A stretch of 35,853 nt of DNA from a virus. The stretch lies in IMG/VR virus record IMGVR_UViG_3300023296_000005; one strand, written 5' to 3'. The position numbers and the translations under genes were made by a program. A model generated the notes under the pieces. The model searched no databases. It had not been told where the DNA came from and worked only from the letters and a program-made list of their open reading frames with translations. This document shows positions 22,879-31,881 of the stretch, in pieces (within the stretch, counting starts at the first letter, position 1; every line of letters starts with the position of its first letter).

Positions 22879-24861
22879 ATGAAGTTTACTGATAGAGCAA
22901 AAGCAGCACTAAGTGTTCTTACACAAAAACAACTTGGTAATTCACTCGGTACCGTTATTAGGAACCTTTCAAATGCCTCAACCTTTGATCCACAAAATCA
23001 AGTAAGGGGAATCACCTTTAAGGCTATTGACAAAATTGGTATGTCTACTAGTGTCTACGAACCCAAAGCCGTAAGAGGCAATGGCGATGTATACGTCAAT
23101 CACCCAATTATCACACTTGCTAAAAATCCAAACCCCTTAACAAACTCGTCAGACTTTATTCACCTATGGGCTATGATTTACGAAATATACGGTGAGACAT
23201 TCTGGTACTTAGCACGAGGCGAAAGCACTCGCAGGGTTAAAGAAGTCTATTTGCTTAACCCAATGCAGGTTGAGCTAAAGTTAAGCGATGGCGAAGTAGT
23301 TGGTTATATCTTGCACAAGAGTAATGGAACACAAGTACCACTTATGCTAGATGAAATCGTACACGACAAACGACCAAATCCGTTTAACGAGTTTCGTGGC
23401 ATGTCGGTACTTGAGCGTGCATCTGTATATGTTGACACCGAGATCACAACATCTGTATTCACCTTGAACTACATGCGAAACAACGCAAGCCCAAGCGGTA
23501 TTGTAACGCTGCCTAACATGGACAAGGAAGTATTTAAGCAGTTTGCTCAACAATGGCGCGAAGGTTATGAAGGACCACACAACGCTGGTAAGACAGCATT
23601 TATTCGTGGTGATGGCGTAGACTTCAAAGCTGTTGGCGCAACACTTAAAGACGTTGACCAAAAAGTTACAAGAGACATGGCTAAAGAAGATGTACTTATG
23701 ATGCTCGAAGTTCCAAAGGCTTTGCTTGGTATTGCAGATGGTTCTGGTCAGGCACGAGCAAACGTTGAGGCTGTTCACTACATCTACAACAAAGAAAAGA
23801 TTGACCCAATCATGGAGCGCCTTGACCGTATCTGGGAAAAGATTGCAAAGATTGGTGGCTTTGCTGAAATCATGGACATACAGCACACTTCGCCTATTCC
23901 AGAAGATAAAGAGTTTAGACTAAAACGCCAAAAAGATGGTGTTAACGTATGGCTTACAGTTAATGAAGCACGAGAGATGGACGGACTTGGACCAATCGAC
24001 GGCGGTAACATTTTAATGCCACGCAATGCAATTCCACAAGCAGCACCAATCGCAAACGCTTTTACAGCAAAAAAGATAACCATGAAGCGTGAATTATCAA
24101 GTACAGAAAAGGTACTAGCGCTTAATGCAGAACAAGAGTCATTCCGCAAAGACCTTGTTGCTATCAACGACATCTACGCCACTAAGCTAAAGACAGAGAT
24201 TGACAAGTTTTCAAAGAAACAAGAGGCTATTGTAATTGGTAAGATTGACGCAACCAACAAGAGCTTTGAAGAGTATTTGTTTAGCATTAAAGAGGATAGC
24301 ATTGCACTTTCACTTTTGCTTGTACCTATTGTTATCGAGTTGATGGAAACACAAACCGAGGGTGTCGCAAACTTTATTAGCGGTGAACTTCTGACAATCA
24401 GCCCAGAGATTAGAGAAGGCGTAAACCAAAACATGTTACGGATTGCTGGCCTGTACAACCAAGACACTATTAAGGCACTAGAGCAGACACTTGCTGCTGG
24501 ACAAGGTGCTGGCGAAAGCCTAGTTAAGTTAAAGAAACGAGTCGAACAGACCTTTGGAGACGCTCAGGGCTACCGAGCCGAACGTATTGCACGAACAGAA
24601 AGCTTGCGTGCCAGTAACTCAACAGCAGAGCTTACATACAAGCAAAGTGGCTTTACAACAGTTAAATGGTTTACAAACCCAGGAGCTTGTTCATTTTGCC
24701 TAACGTTTGAAGGACAGACAAAAACAATTGGTAGCAGCTTTGCTAACATAGGTGACGTTGTTACAACCGCACAAGGCGACCAGATGCAGGTTGAATACTC
24801 TGACATCGGAACACCACCATTACACCCTAATTGCACCTGCTCATTAGTGCCGGAGAATTAA
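22879..24861 (+). CDS. Portal protein fused to a MuF/SPP1 gp7-like head morphogenesis domain
   Basis: The N-terminal ~400 aa are portal-like. The C-terminal part reads YRAERIARTESLRASN...CSFCLTFEG...PPLHPNCTCSLVPE. Confidence 0.75.
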   Translation: MKFTDRAKAALSVLTQKQLGNSLGTVIRNLSNASTFDPQNQVRGITFKAIDKIGMSTSVYEPKAVRGNGDVYVNHPIITLAKNPNPLTNSSDFIHLWAMIYEIYGETFWYLARGESTRRVKEVYLLNPMQVELKLSDGEVVGYILHKSNGTQVPLMLDEIVHDKRPNPFNEFRGMSVLERASVYVDTEITTSVFTLNYMRNNASPSGIVTLPNMDKEVFKQFAQQWREGYEGPHNAGKTAFIRGDGVDFKAVGATLKDVDQKVTRDMAKEDVLMMLEVPKALLGIADGSGQARANVEAVHYIYNKEKIDPIMERLDRIWEKIAKIGGFAEIMDIQHTSPIPEDKEFRLKRQKDGVNVWLTVNEAREMDGLGPIDGGNILMPRNAIPQAAPIANAFTAKKITMKRELSSTEKVLALNAEQESFRKDLVAINDIYATKLKTEIDKFSKKQEAIVIGKIDATNKSFEEYLFSIKEDSIALSLLLVPIVIELMETQTEGVANFISGELLTISPEIREGVNQNMLRIAGLYNQDTIKALEQTLAAGQGAGESLVKLKKRVEQTFGDAQGYRAERIARTESLRASNSTAELTYKQSGFTTVKWFTNPGACSFCLTFEGQTKTIGSSFANIGDVVTTAQGDQMQVEYSDIGTPPLHPNCTCSLVPEN

Positions 24862-24902
24862 AATGACCACAGGAAACGCTAAGCAATAGGTACTTGTATA
24901 AT

Positions 24903-25112
24903 ATGGTAGATGTCAAATGTAAGAATTGTAATAGACTACTAGCAAAAGCAGAGTCTATGAACGCAGCAATTAAATGCCCACGGTGCAAGATGATATTTGA
25001 ATATAAACTCTATTCTAATCTGTTTTTAACAACTGAATATAATAGTACTTTACAAAATAACCATAAACATAGTATAATGCCCACAGAGTCCACTGAGACC
25101 ATGCTCGAATAA
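24903..25112 (+). CDS. Com-like zinc-ribbon protein
   Basis: MVDVKCKNCNRLLAKAES...IKCPRCK matches my recollection of phage Mu Com (CKNCNKLL.KA...I.CPRCK). Confidence 0.5.
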   Translation: MVDVKCKNCNRLLAKAESMNAAIKCPRCKMIFEYKLYSNLFLTTEYNSTLQNNHKHSIMPTESTETMLE

Positions 25113-25176
25113 CGGGCAACCACCTCTGTAAAGAGTAGGTAGGTTTATCAGGGGTCTTTTTTATTAGGAGAAATAA

Positions 25177-25884
25177 ATGCACATTAAATCAGAAGCGTAC
25201 ATTGAAAAAGCAACAAAGCTCCAAGAGGGAGAAGTTGAGTTTGTCGTATCAACTAATGATATGGACTCACACGGCGAAAGAATAGACGTAAACGGAATTG
25301 ATTTAACTGAGTTTAAGAAAAACCCAGTTGTCTTATGGGGCCACGATGGCTTCAACCTACCTATTGCTAAAGCAGTAAAGGTTTGGAAAGATAACGGGAA
25401 ACTTATGGCTCGTGCTAAGTTCTATATGAAAGACGACTTTGCCCGTAAGGTCTATGACTACATTATGGACGGTTACCTAAACGCTGTATCTATTGGCGGC
25501 ATGGTAAAGCAATGGGGAACAGACGGCATGACAATTGCTGAGATGATGATGAAAGAGTTTAGTGTGGTATCGGTACCTGCAAACCAAAACGCACTAGTAT
25601 CTAATAAGTCACTTGACGGCAACCAGAAGGCAGAGCTTAAAGCACTTGCTAACGGTTACGCACGTAAAATGCTTTCTACTGGCGATAATGAACTAAACAA
25701 GAACATCGAGACCCTAGAGACACTCGTTGCCACCTTAAAGGAAGTAGCCCACGGCAAAACCCATGAGGATTCGGCTGACGGTACATTAACTCGACGAGTG
25801 GTTTTGCGCCAAGCGCAAGTGGTCGATCAGCAAATCGAAACTGTCATCCGACAGATTAAACTAAAAGGAGACTCAAATGAGTAA
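25177..25884 (+). CDS. Prohead serine protease, HK97 family (S78)
   Basis: VVSTNDMDSHGERID...KNPVVLWGHD...VSIGG...FSVVSVPANQNA. Confidence 0.8.
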   Translation: MHIKSEAYIEKATKLQEGEVEFVVSTNDMDSHGERIDVNGIDLTEFKKNPVVLWGHDGFNLPIAKAVKVWKDNGKLMARAKFYMKDDFARKVYDYIMDGYLNAVSIGGMVKQWGTDGMTIAEMMMKEFSVVSVPANQNALVSNKSLDGNQKAELKALANGYARKMLSTGDNELNKNIETLETLVATLKEVAHGKTHEDSADGTLTRRVVLRQAQVVDQQIETVIRQIKLKGDSNE

Positions 25885-27112
25885 AGAAAACATTGAGATT
25901 GACGCAGAAGTAATCAAGGCTGTTGCCGATGAAGCTGCTAAATCCGTAAAAGAAGGTCTTGTTATGCCAACGGCATCAGACATTGCAAAAGAAATGGTTG
26001 CACTAACAGAAAAAACAGAAAAAAAGAACGTAACATCAGAAGTTGAAAAAACGGAAGTAAAAAGCACTATGGATAACCTATCAAAAGAAATGCGATTTGC
26101 TAAGGGTGTTTTTGCATTCAAAAACGGCAACGCTGCACAAATTGCAGAATACAACACATATGTTGACAAAGCATGGTTCGATGTAAACAAAGCTGACTAC
26201 CAGAACGTTGCTACAACAGCTGACGGTGGCGCACTTGTTCCCGACCCAGAGTTTGTTGCAGAAGTAGACCGTCTTACTGACGAATACGGTGTTGTTTCAC
26301 GACTAGCTACTATTCGACGTACAGACCGAGACTCAGTAACACTATTAAGTGGTACAAACGAGATCAGCTTTACTAAGACTGGTGAAGCAGTTGCTAAAAA
26401 CTCACAGAAGCTAACTTACGCTGCATCAACCGCTGCTCTTGACAAGTACATCGCAACATTGGTAATGACAAGTGAAATCGTAGAAGATTCCGCTATCAAC
26501 CTTTTCAACGATGCTGCTAACGAAATTGCACGCGCACGAGCTAAATTGTTTGACGAGCTAGTATTTACAGACGCTACCTACGGTCTATTAAGTGCATCAG
26601 CTGGTGATACTTACAAGACTATTAGTGTTGGTGCTGCTATTACTGACTTTAGCGCTGATGACGCAATGAATGGCCGATACAAGGTTGTTTCAAGCGCTCG
26701 CCGCAATGGTCGTTACTTCATGCACCCAACAGTATGGAACGCCCTACGCCAGACAAAATCTGGTGATGGAACTGACTCAGCAGCCAACTACCTATTCGGT
26801 GGTCCTGGACAGAGTGTCGCACAAAATATCGACGGCGTGCCTGTCGAATTAGTAGACATCCTACCAGAAATTGGTGATATCACAGCGAACGAAGCATTTG
26901 CAGTATTTGGCGACCTTGCGCGTATTCAGTTACACGTTAAGCGATTGCTAGAAACTAAAATCTTTGATAGCGGTGTTGTTAAAGACTCAGGCGGAGCTGA
27001 CATTAACTTAATTACACAAGATTCATTTGCAATCCGTGCTACATTGCGCGTTGTTCCTCAAACTCGTTTTGAAGGTGCATTCGTTATATTTGGTACAGGC
27101 ACAGTTTCTTAG
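25877..27112 (+). CDS. Major capsid protein, HK97 fold, with an N-terminal delta/scaffold region
   Basis: Position after the protease. TTADGGALVPDPEF. 411 aa. Confidence 0.8.
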   Translation: MSKENIEIDAEVIKAVADEAAKSVKEGLVMPTASDIAKEMVALTEKTEKKNVTSEVEKTEVKSTMDNLSKEMRFAKGVFAFKNGNAAQIAEYNTYVDKAWFDVNKADYQNVATTADGGALVPDPEFVAEVDRLTDEYGVVSRLATIRRTDRDSVTLLSGTNEISFTKTGEAVAKNSQKLTYAASTAALDKYIATLVMTSEIVEDSAINLFNDAANEIARARAKLFDELVFTDATYGLLSASAGDTYKTISVGAAITDFSADDAMNGRYKVVSSARRNGRYFMHPTVWNALRQTKSGDGTDSAANYLFGGPGQSVAQNIDGVPVELVDILPEIGDITANEAFAVFGDLARIQLHVKRLLETKIFDSGVVKDSGGADINLITQDSFAIRATLRVVPQTRFEGAFVIFGTGTVS

Positions 27113-27142
27113 TAAAAGTAATAAAGTTCTTGGAGGACTAAA

Positions 27143-27670
27143 ATGGCAAACTTAAATAACCTATATGTAGCCGGCGGAAGCCTTGTTACCTTTGGTGGTG
27201 TTGATCTCGGTCACACTGTTGATGGTACTGAGGTTCAAGTTGAGCGTTCGTTAACAATGGTCAAAACCGATTTATACGGTGAGACCCCTGTTGACTACGT
27301 TGTAACTGGTCAAACCGCTACAGTAACGTTGAAGTTGGCCGAAATTACTCCCGATGTACTATCATATGTTTTACCTGAGTCAGATTATGACAACGGTTCA
27401 TCAGATGATCACTTGCACTTCGGGACTAAAGCTGGATACAGTCTACGTGCCGACGCATTAGAGCTTGTTATTACCCCTCAAGGTCGTAACAGCGATAATG
27501 GTCGTACCGTAACACTGTTCAAGGCTATCTCAACCGGTAACGTTTCATTTGCGTATAAGATTGATGAGCAAAGCGTTTACGAAGTGACCTTTACGGCACT
27601 TGTAGACGAATCACGATCTGCTACTGATGGACGCTTACTAGGTCGTGTCGGCCCGGTAGCTATTAGCTAG
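27143..27670 (+). CDS. Abundant structural protein, tail-tube-like (putative major tail protein in a non-canonical position)
   Basis: Strong RBS GGAGGA and beta-rich sequence, followed by a strong terminator. No other tube candidate lies before the chaperones. Confidence 0.4.
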   Translation: MANLNNLYVAGGSLVTFGGVDLGHTVDGTEVQVERSLTMVKTDLYGETPVDYVVTGQTATVTLKLAEITPDVLSYVLPESDYDNGSSDDHLHFGTKAGYSLRADALELVITPQGRNSDNGRTVTLFKAISTGNVSFAYKIDEQSVYEVTFTALVDESRSATDGRLLGRVGPVAIS

Positions 27671-27690
27671 ACTAATTAGTGACCAAGTTA

Positions 27691-27725
27691 AGAGAGCCAA
27701 TAAACTGGCTCTCTTTTCTGTTTTT
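27691..27725 (+). terminator. Intrinsic terminator: AGAGAGCCA-ATAAAC-TGGCTCTCT followed by a T-rich run
   Basis: Perfect 9-bp stem (27691-27699 / 27706-27714) followed by TTTTCTGTTTTT. Confidence 0.8.
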
Positions 27726-27734
27726 GTGGTACAA
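27726..27734 (+). promoter_or_regulatory. Extended -10 element TGgTACAAT
   Basis: Sequence match directly after the terminator. Confidence 0.4.
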
Positions 27735-27793
27735 TACACTTATGTTAAAGAACTATTACAATGGTGCAATATTAACAGTAAGGGAGCATATAA

Positions 27794-28351
27794 ATGGCAT
27801 TGATAAGTCAGAGCGAATTGGAATCGAGACTCGGGAGGACTTTAACGAGCGCCGAGAGTACCGCCTTCGCGCTAATAAACGGCGCAAATCAAGCATACGT
27901 CGAGAAAATGATCGGATCGAGCGTAGAAGCCGCAACCGAGGTAACTAGATATTACGACGGCGGATTGCAAAACTTACCCATAGATCCTTGTACTGATATT
28001 ACAGCCTTGAAGTTCGTAGATGAAGATCAAGTTGTTATAGAAACCATAGACGCTTCCGACTACATCAAGGAACCAGGAAACCGCACCCTAAAGACAATGA
28101 TACGCGCACGATACGGCAAGCTTTATAACGGCTACGCAAATATTGGTGTTACTGCCAAGTTTTCAGTCTTTGGAGACACAGACACGCTTAACATTATTAA
28201 AAATGCAATGCTAGAAGCGCTTGTTGGTGAGGTAGATAGTTCATCGAACCTCATTAAAGAATCTATTGAGGGCTACTCAGTGGAATACGCAAAGACACAA
28301 ACACGGGACTTGCTTGATACAATCAAGTTTATTATACCTGGAATTATCTAA
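27794..28351 (+). CDS. Head-tail connector (gp6-like adaptor)
   Basis: The N-terminus ISQSELESRLGRTLT..., and its position. Confidence 0.55.
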   Translation: MALISQSELESRLGRTLTSAESTAFALINGANQAYVEKMIGSSVEAATEVTRYYDGGLQNLPIDPCTDITALKFVDEDQVVIETIDASDYIKEPGNRTLKTMIRARYGKLYNGYANIGVTAKFSVFGDTDTLNIIKNAMLEALVGEVDSSSNLIKESIEGYSVEYAKTQTRDLLDTIKFIIPGII

Positions 28352-28671
28352 TGAAACCTCCTATGCGAGAAACTGCAATAAAGATTACTAGGTCACTTAA
28401 TGGCTACGGTGACTTTACTGAGATTTCACGCGCCAACCTACCTTGCCACTTTAGGAACATTACATCACAAGTTGCTGGCGGTGGTGATGAAACTGTTGAA
28501 TCAGATGCTTTAGCATGGTTTGAAGCTGGGTCAGGAGTTGTACGCAACGATATACTTATTATTGACGGTGAAGGCTGGAGAGTCGAAAGGCTTACAAAAG
28601 CACGCAGATTACGCGACAACTCTGTACAGTTTATCAAGACCGAGCTACTGCGGTACGGAGTTATCTCATGA
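28351..28671 (+). CDS. Head closure / head-tail joining protein
   Basis: Size, position and TAATG coupling. Confidence 0.5.
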   Translation: MKPPMRETAIKITRSLNGYGDFTEISRANLPCHFRNITSQVAGGGDETVESDALAWFEAGSGVVRNDILIIDGEGWRVERLTKARRLRDNSVQFIKTELLRYGVIS

Positions 28672-29024
28672 GTAGGCCAGTAGTAATAAACAACATGCCA
28701 GCGTTTACTGCTCAGTCACGCAATGTTCTGGGCGATGCCCTAAAAGACGCTGCAAGAGACGGACTTATAAATGCTGTTAAGTCTGCACCATTTAAGAAGG
28801 GTCAGCTTCGGTCTGACTCTGGTATTACAAAAGTCAATCAGCTTAAATACCGTATATCCTTTTGGAAAGAATATGCACGCTTCCAAGAGTTTGGCGGAGA
28901 CTCAAAGCGCAATGTTCGCAACTACAGCACAGCAAGCACTGGCGCTCACTTTTTGCGTAATGCCGGAGATGAGCAAGCACAGCGAATATCGTATAAGTTT
29001 AAGAAACACTCAGGGAGAATCTAA
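28668..29024 (+). CDS. HK97 gp10-like neck/tail-completion protein
   Basis: EYARFQEFGG motif, and its position. Confidence 0.55.
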   Translation: MSRPVVINNMPAFTAQSRNVLGDALKDAARDGLINAVKSAPFKKGQLRSDSGITKVNQLKYRISFWKEYARFQEFGGDSKRNVRNYSTASTGAHFLRNAGDEQAQRISYKFKKHSGRI

Positions 29025-29026
29025 CT

Positions 29027-29416
29027 ATGTCAGACTTAACACGCAACGTTGCAGCGTACCTAGAAACGGCTGGCTTTGGCACGTTTGGTACAGATATATT
29101 TGTTGGTCAAATACCTTCAGACACTAACGGGATATATATTGTTGATGCTGGCGGAAGTCTGAACAACTATGTGCCAATAGTAGAAACTGTGCTTGACATT
29201 TTCGTTAAGGACATAAAGGCTGAAACTGGCAAAGCAAAGTTAAATAACATCAAGAACTTTATGCACAGGATGCACAATACCACAATTGACGATTCGTACA
29301 TATATACATTTCTTGTAATTGGTGATATAGAGGACATACAAAGAGACGTAGAATATGGTAAGATATATAAGATAACGCTTCAGGTTGTCCACAGAGACAC
29401 AACACTAATAAGTTAA
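29027..29416 (+). CDS. Tail terminator / minor capsid 2-like protein
   Basis: The N-terminus NVAAYLETAGFGTFGTDIFVGQIP, and its position. Confidence 0.5.
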   Translation: MSDLTRNVAAYLETAGFGTFGTDIFVGQIPSDTNGIYIVDAGGSLNNYVPIVETVLDIFVKDIKAETGKAKLNNIKNFMHRMHNTTIDDSYIYTFLVIGDIEDIQRDVEYGKIYKITLQVVHRDTTLIS

Positions 29417-29427
29417 GGGAGAATCAC

Positions 29428-29796
29428 ATGGCACTAACAATAGATGATCTAAAACCAAAAAACTTTACAATAGCAATAAAGGGCGTTGAGATTGAGTGTT
29501 TACCACTTAAAGTATCTCACATTATGCTTCTGCAAAAGGTTGGCTCAATTTTTTCAGACATTAAAAACGCAACAACGCAACAAATTAAAGATGCAGAAAC
29601 AGATTTATATGCAATCATTGAGGAAGTTTCACCTACACTAAAAGACGCACAACTTGACTTTAACAGCGTTTTTGAATACATCGAGCAACTTATGGCTGGT
29701 GTTGAAACAAGCGAAACCAAAGAAATTAAAACCAGTGGGGTCACGTTTACGAAAAACCCAAAAGCGGAAAAACCAGCGGAGACGGTGGTTGGCTAA
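29428..29796 (+). CDS. Tail assembly chaperone (gpG-like)
   Basis: Lies immediately upstream of the tape measure. Acidic protein of 122 aa. Confidence 0.55.
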   Translation: MALTIDDLKPKNFTIAIKGVEIECLPLKVSHIMLLQKVGSIFSDIKNATTQQIKDAETDLYAIIEEVSPTLKDAQLDFNSVFEYIEQLMAGVETSETKEIKTSGVTFTKNPKAEKPAETVVG

Positions 29797-30059
29797 TGTC
29801 CATTCCTTCTTTCATTTCATATTACGGCTATACTAATAGTCAAGTCCTTGATGAGTTTGCAAGGGTATACTTTGCGCTTACTGCTGAAATGAAAAAGGGT
29901 CGTGCTGCAGCAAGACTTGAAAGAATCCAAGATAACGCCATACCAAACGGCGGAGGTGAAGAAGCAAAAAGTATTGTTAATGACCTTATAAAAGATGCCG
30001 AGGGCTATGACCAGATTATTCAACAGGCTAAAAACCTGAGGAGTATTAGAAATGGCTAG
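29796..30059 (+). CDS. Tail assembly chaperone, second ORF (gpT-like), in the -1 frame relative to 29428-29796
   Basis: TAATG overlap. The -1 frame is open from 29730. Confidence 0.5.
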   Translation: MSIPSFISYYGYTNSQVLDEFARVYFALTAEMKKGRAAARLERIQDNAIPNGGGEEAKSIVNDLIKDAEGYDQIIQQAKNLRSIRNG

Positions 30060-31881
30060 TACCAATGTTGGCTCAATCCATTATGAACTTGGCTTAAATA
30101 CAGGTAAGTTTGACGCAGCTTCTAATAGTCTTGGCAAAAAGCTAGACGGCATTGGCAAAAAGATGCAAGACACTGGCAAAAAAATGACCATGTTTGTAAC
30201 CGTTCCTGTCGTTTTGGGCTTTGTCGGAATGGTGAAAGCCGCATCTGACCTTGATGAAACTATGAACAAAATGGAAGTTTCATTTAAGGATCAATCAGAA
30301 GTTGTAAAGAAATGGTCAAAAACATCAATTGACAGTATGGGACTTGCACAACAAAGCGCCCTTGATGCCGCTGCACTGTTCGGTGATATGTCCACAGCAA
30401 TGGGGCTATCAACCGTTGAGGCTGCAGACATGTCTACTAGCCTTGTGGGTCTAGGAGCTGATATGGCTTCGTTTAAGAACGTTTCCTTTGAAAGAGCGCA
30501 AACAGCGCTTGCTGGTGTGTTTACGGGCGAGACAGAAGCTCTAAAAGGGCTTGGTGTTATTATGACAGAAACAAACCTGTTAGCATTTGCTCAAGCTCAA
30601 GGCATTGAAAAAACCGTCAAAGAAATGAATCAAGCCGAAAAGGTACAGCTTAGGTATGAATACTTGATGTCAGTTACAACAAACGCTCAAGGTGACTTTA
30701 TACGTACAGCCGATGGGACAGCTAACCGTACACGAAAGATGATGGAACAGTTCAAAGAACTTTCGGCAGAGCTTGGAACAATTTTGCTACCAATAGCCGA
30801 CAGGGTGCTTGCGTTCGCATCTAACATGATTGCAAAGTTTTCTGCTTTGTCAAGAGAACAGCAGACTCAAATACTTATGTGGGCTGGCGTTGCCGCTGCT
30901 ATCGGGCCAAGCATTCTTATATTAGGAGCTACCGCAAGAAGTGTTAGCACTTTAATAGTTGCGTTTGGCGCACTAACACGAGGACTTGTTGCGGTACGAA
31001 TAGCCGTACTTGCTATGTCTGCGGCACTTACTATCACACCACTTGGTCTTATGCTTACTGCAGCCACGCTACTCGGCGCTGCTATCTTTGGCATAGCAAC
31101 AAGTAGTAACCGAGCTGACAATGCGTTGAACAGGCTTACGGCTGCACAGAACACCCTAAAAGAATCAACAAATAATCTAAAAAATGCTCAAGATGCGCTT
31201 AGTGGCGCTCAGCTTCAAGTTGAAGGAGCAGCATTGCGCGCGGAACAAGCACAGCTTAATTACAATCAAACTGTTAAAAACTTTGGAAGAGATTCTTTGG
31301 AAGCTCGCATTGCGTTGCACGACCTTAAAGTTTCAAATCAGGGGTTGGCAGATGCTACAAAATTAGTGGCAGATCGAACCAGGGAATCACAAGAAGAACA
31401 AAATAAGATTGTAAAAGCCAAACAGGCAATTATCAATGCAAACAACCAGATAGCTGCATCTGCAGCAAATATGTCTAATCAATTAAGAAACGTTGCGGCA
31501 AATGCAAATACAGCACGTAACGAGATTACACGCGCTCAAGCAGCCGGCAGAGCAGTACCAGCAGCAACTCAACTACAAGCGGCAGGACTACCAAGCATGA
31601 ATATTCCCCGACGAGCTTCTGGTGGTCCAGTATCAGCCGGGCAACCTTACTGGGTTGGCGATAACGCAAACGGAAGTCTGAACAAAACAAGTGAGTTATT
31701 TGTACCTAAACAATCAGGAACAATTATGAACCAAGACCAACTTAGCCCAGGTGGTAGCGACTTTAAGATGTACGGCAACATTAACATTGGCAATAAATCA
31801 GACGCAGATTATTTCTTTGAAAGATTAAACCGTAACCAGTCACTTAGTTTAATGGGCGTAGCAGAAAGAGGCATGGCATGA
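30052..31881 (+). CDS. Tape measure protein
   Basis: 609 aa. TP901-type core (FGDMSTAMGL...ALKGLGVIMTETNLLAFAQAQGI), internal TM helices and coiled coil. Confidence 0.85.
   Translation: MASTNVGSIHYELGLNTGKFDAASNSLGKKLDGIGKKMQDTGKKMTMFVTVPVVLGFVGMVKAASDLDETMNKMEVSFKDQSEVVKKWSKTSIDSMGLAQQSALDAAALFGDMSTAMGLSTVEAADMSTSLVGLGADMASFKNVSFERAQTALAGVFTGETEALKGLGVIMTETNLLAFAQAQGIEKTVKEMNQAEKVQLRYEYLMSVTTNAQGDFIRTADGTANRTRKMMEQFKELSAELGTILLPIADRVLAFASNMIAKFSALSREQQTQILMWAGVAAAIGPSILILGATARSVSTLIVAFGALTRGLVAVRIAVLAMSAALTITPLGLMLTAATLLGAAIFGIATSSNRADNALNRLTAAQNTLKESTNNLKNAQDALSGAQLQVEGAALRAEQAQLNYNQTVKNFGRDSLEARIALHDLKVSNQGLADATKLVADRTRESQEEQNKIVKAKQAIINANNQIAASAANMSNQLRNVAANANTARNEITRAQAAGRAVPAATQLQAAGLPSMNIPRRASGGPVSAGQPYWVGDNANGSLNKTSELFVPKQSGTIMNQDQLSPGGSDFKMYGNINIGNKSDADYFFERLNRNQSLSLMGVAERGMA

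Noticed and set aside
24897-24902. TATAAT hexamers abutting start codons (24897 before the Com-like ORF, 34389 before the fibre gene), considered as promoters for those genes
   Set aside because: The predicted transcription start would fall inside or after the start codon or RBS. These are probably coincidental AT-rich matches or serve other transcripts.
27679-27948. 89-aa ORF spanning the 27143/27794 intergenic region
   Set aside because: It runs through the strong terminator and the promoter-like element, and it overlaps the connector gene, which has a good RBS.
28771-29127. 118-aa alternate-frame ORF inside the neck genes. The same applies to 19345-19587, 21285-21488, 23726-23923, 26670-26852, 29654-29836, 31184-31366 and 1698-1883
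   Set aside because: These are fully embedded in longer ORFs that have recognisable motifs or gene context. They have no independent signals and their sequences are low-complexity.
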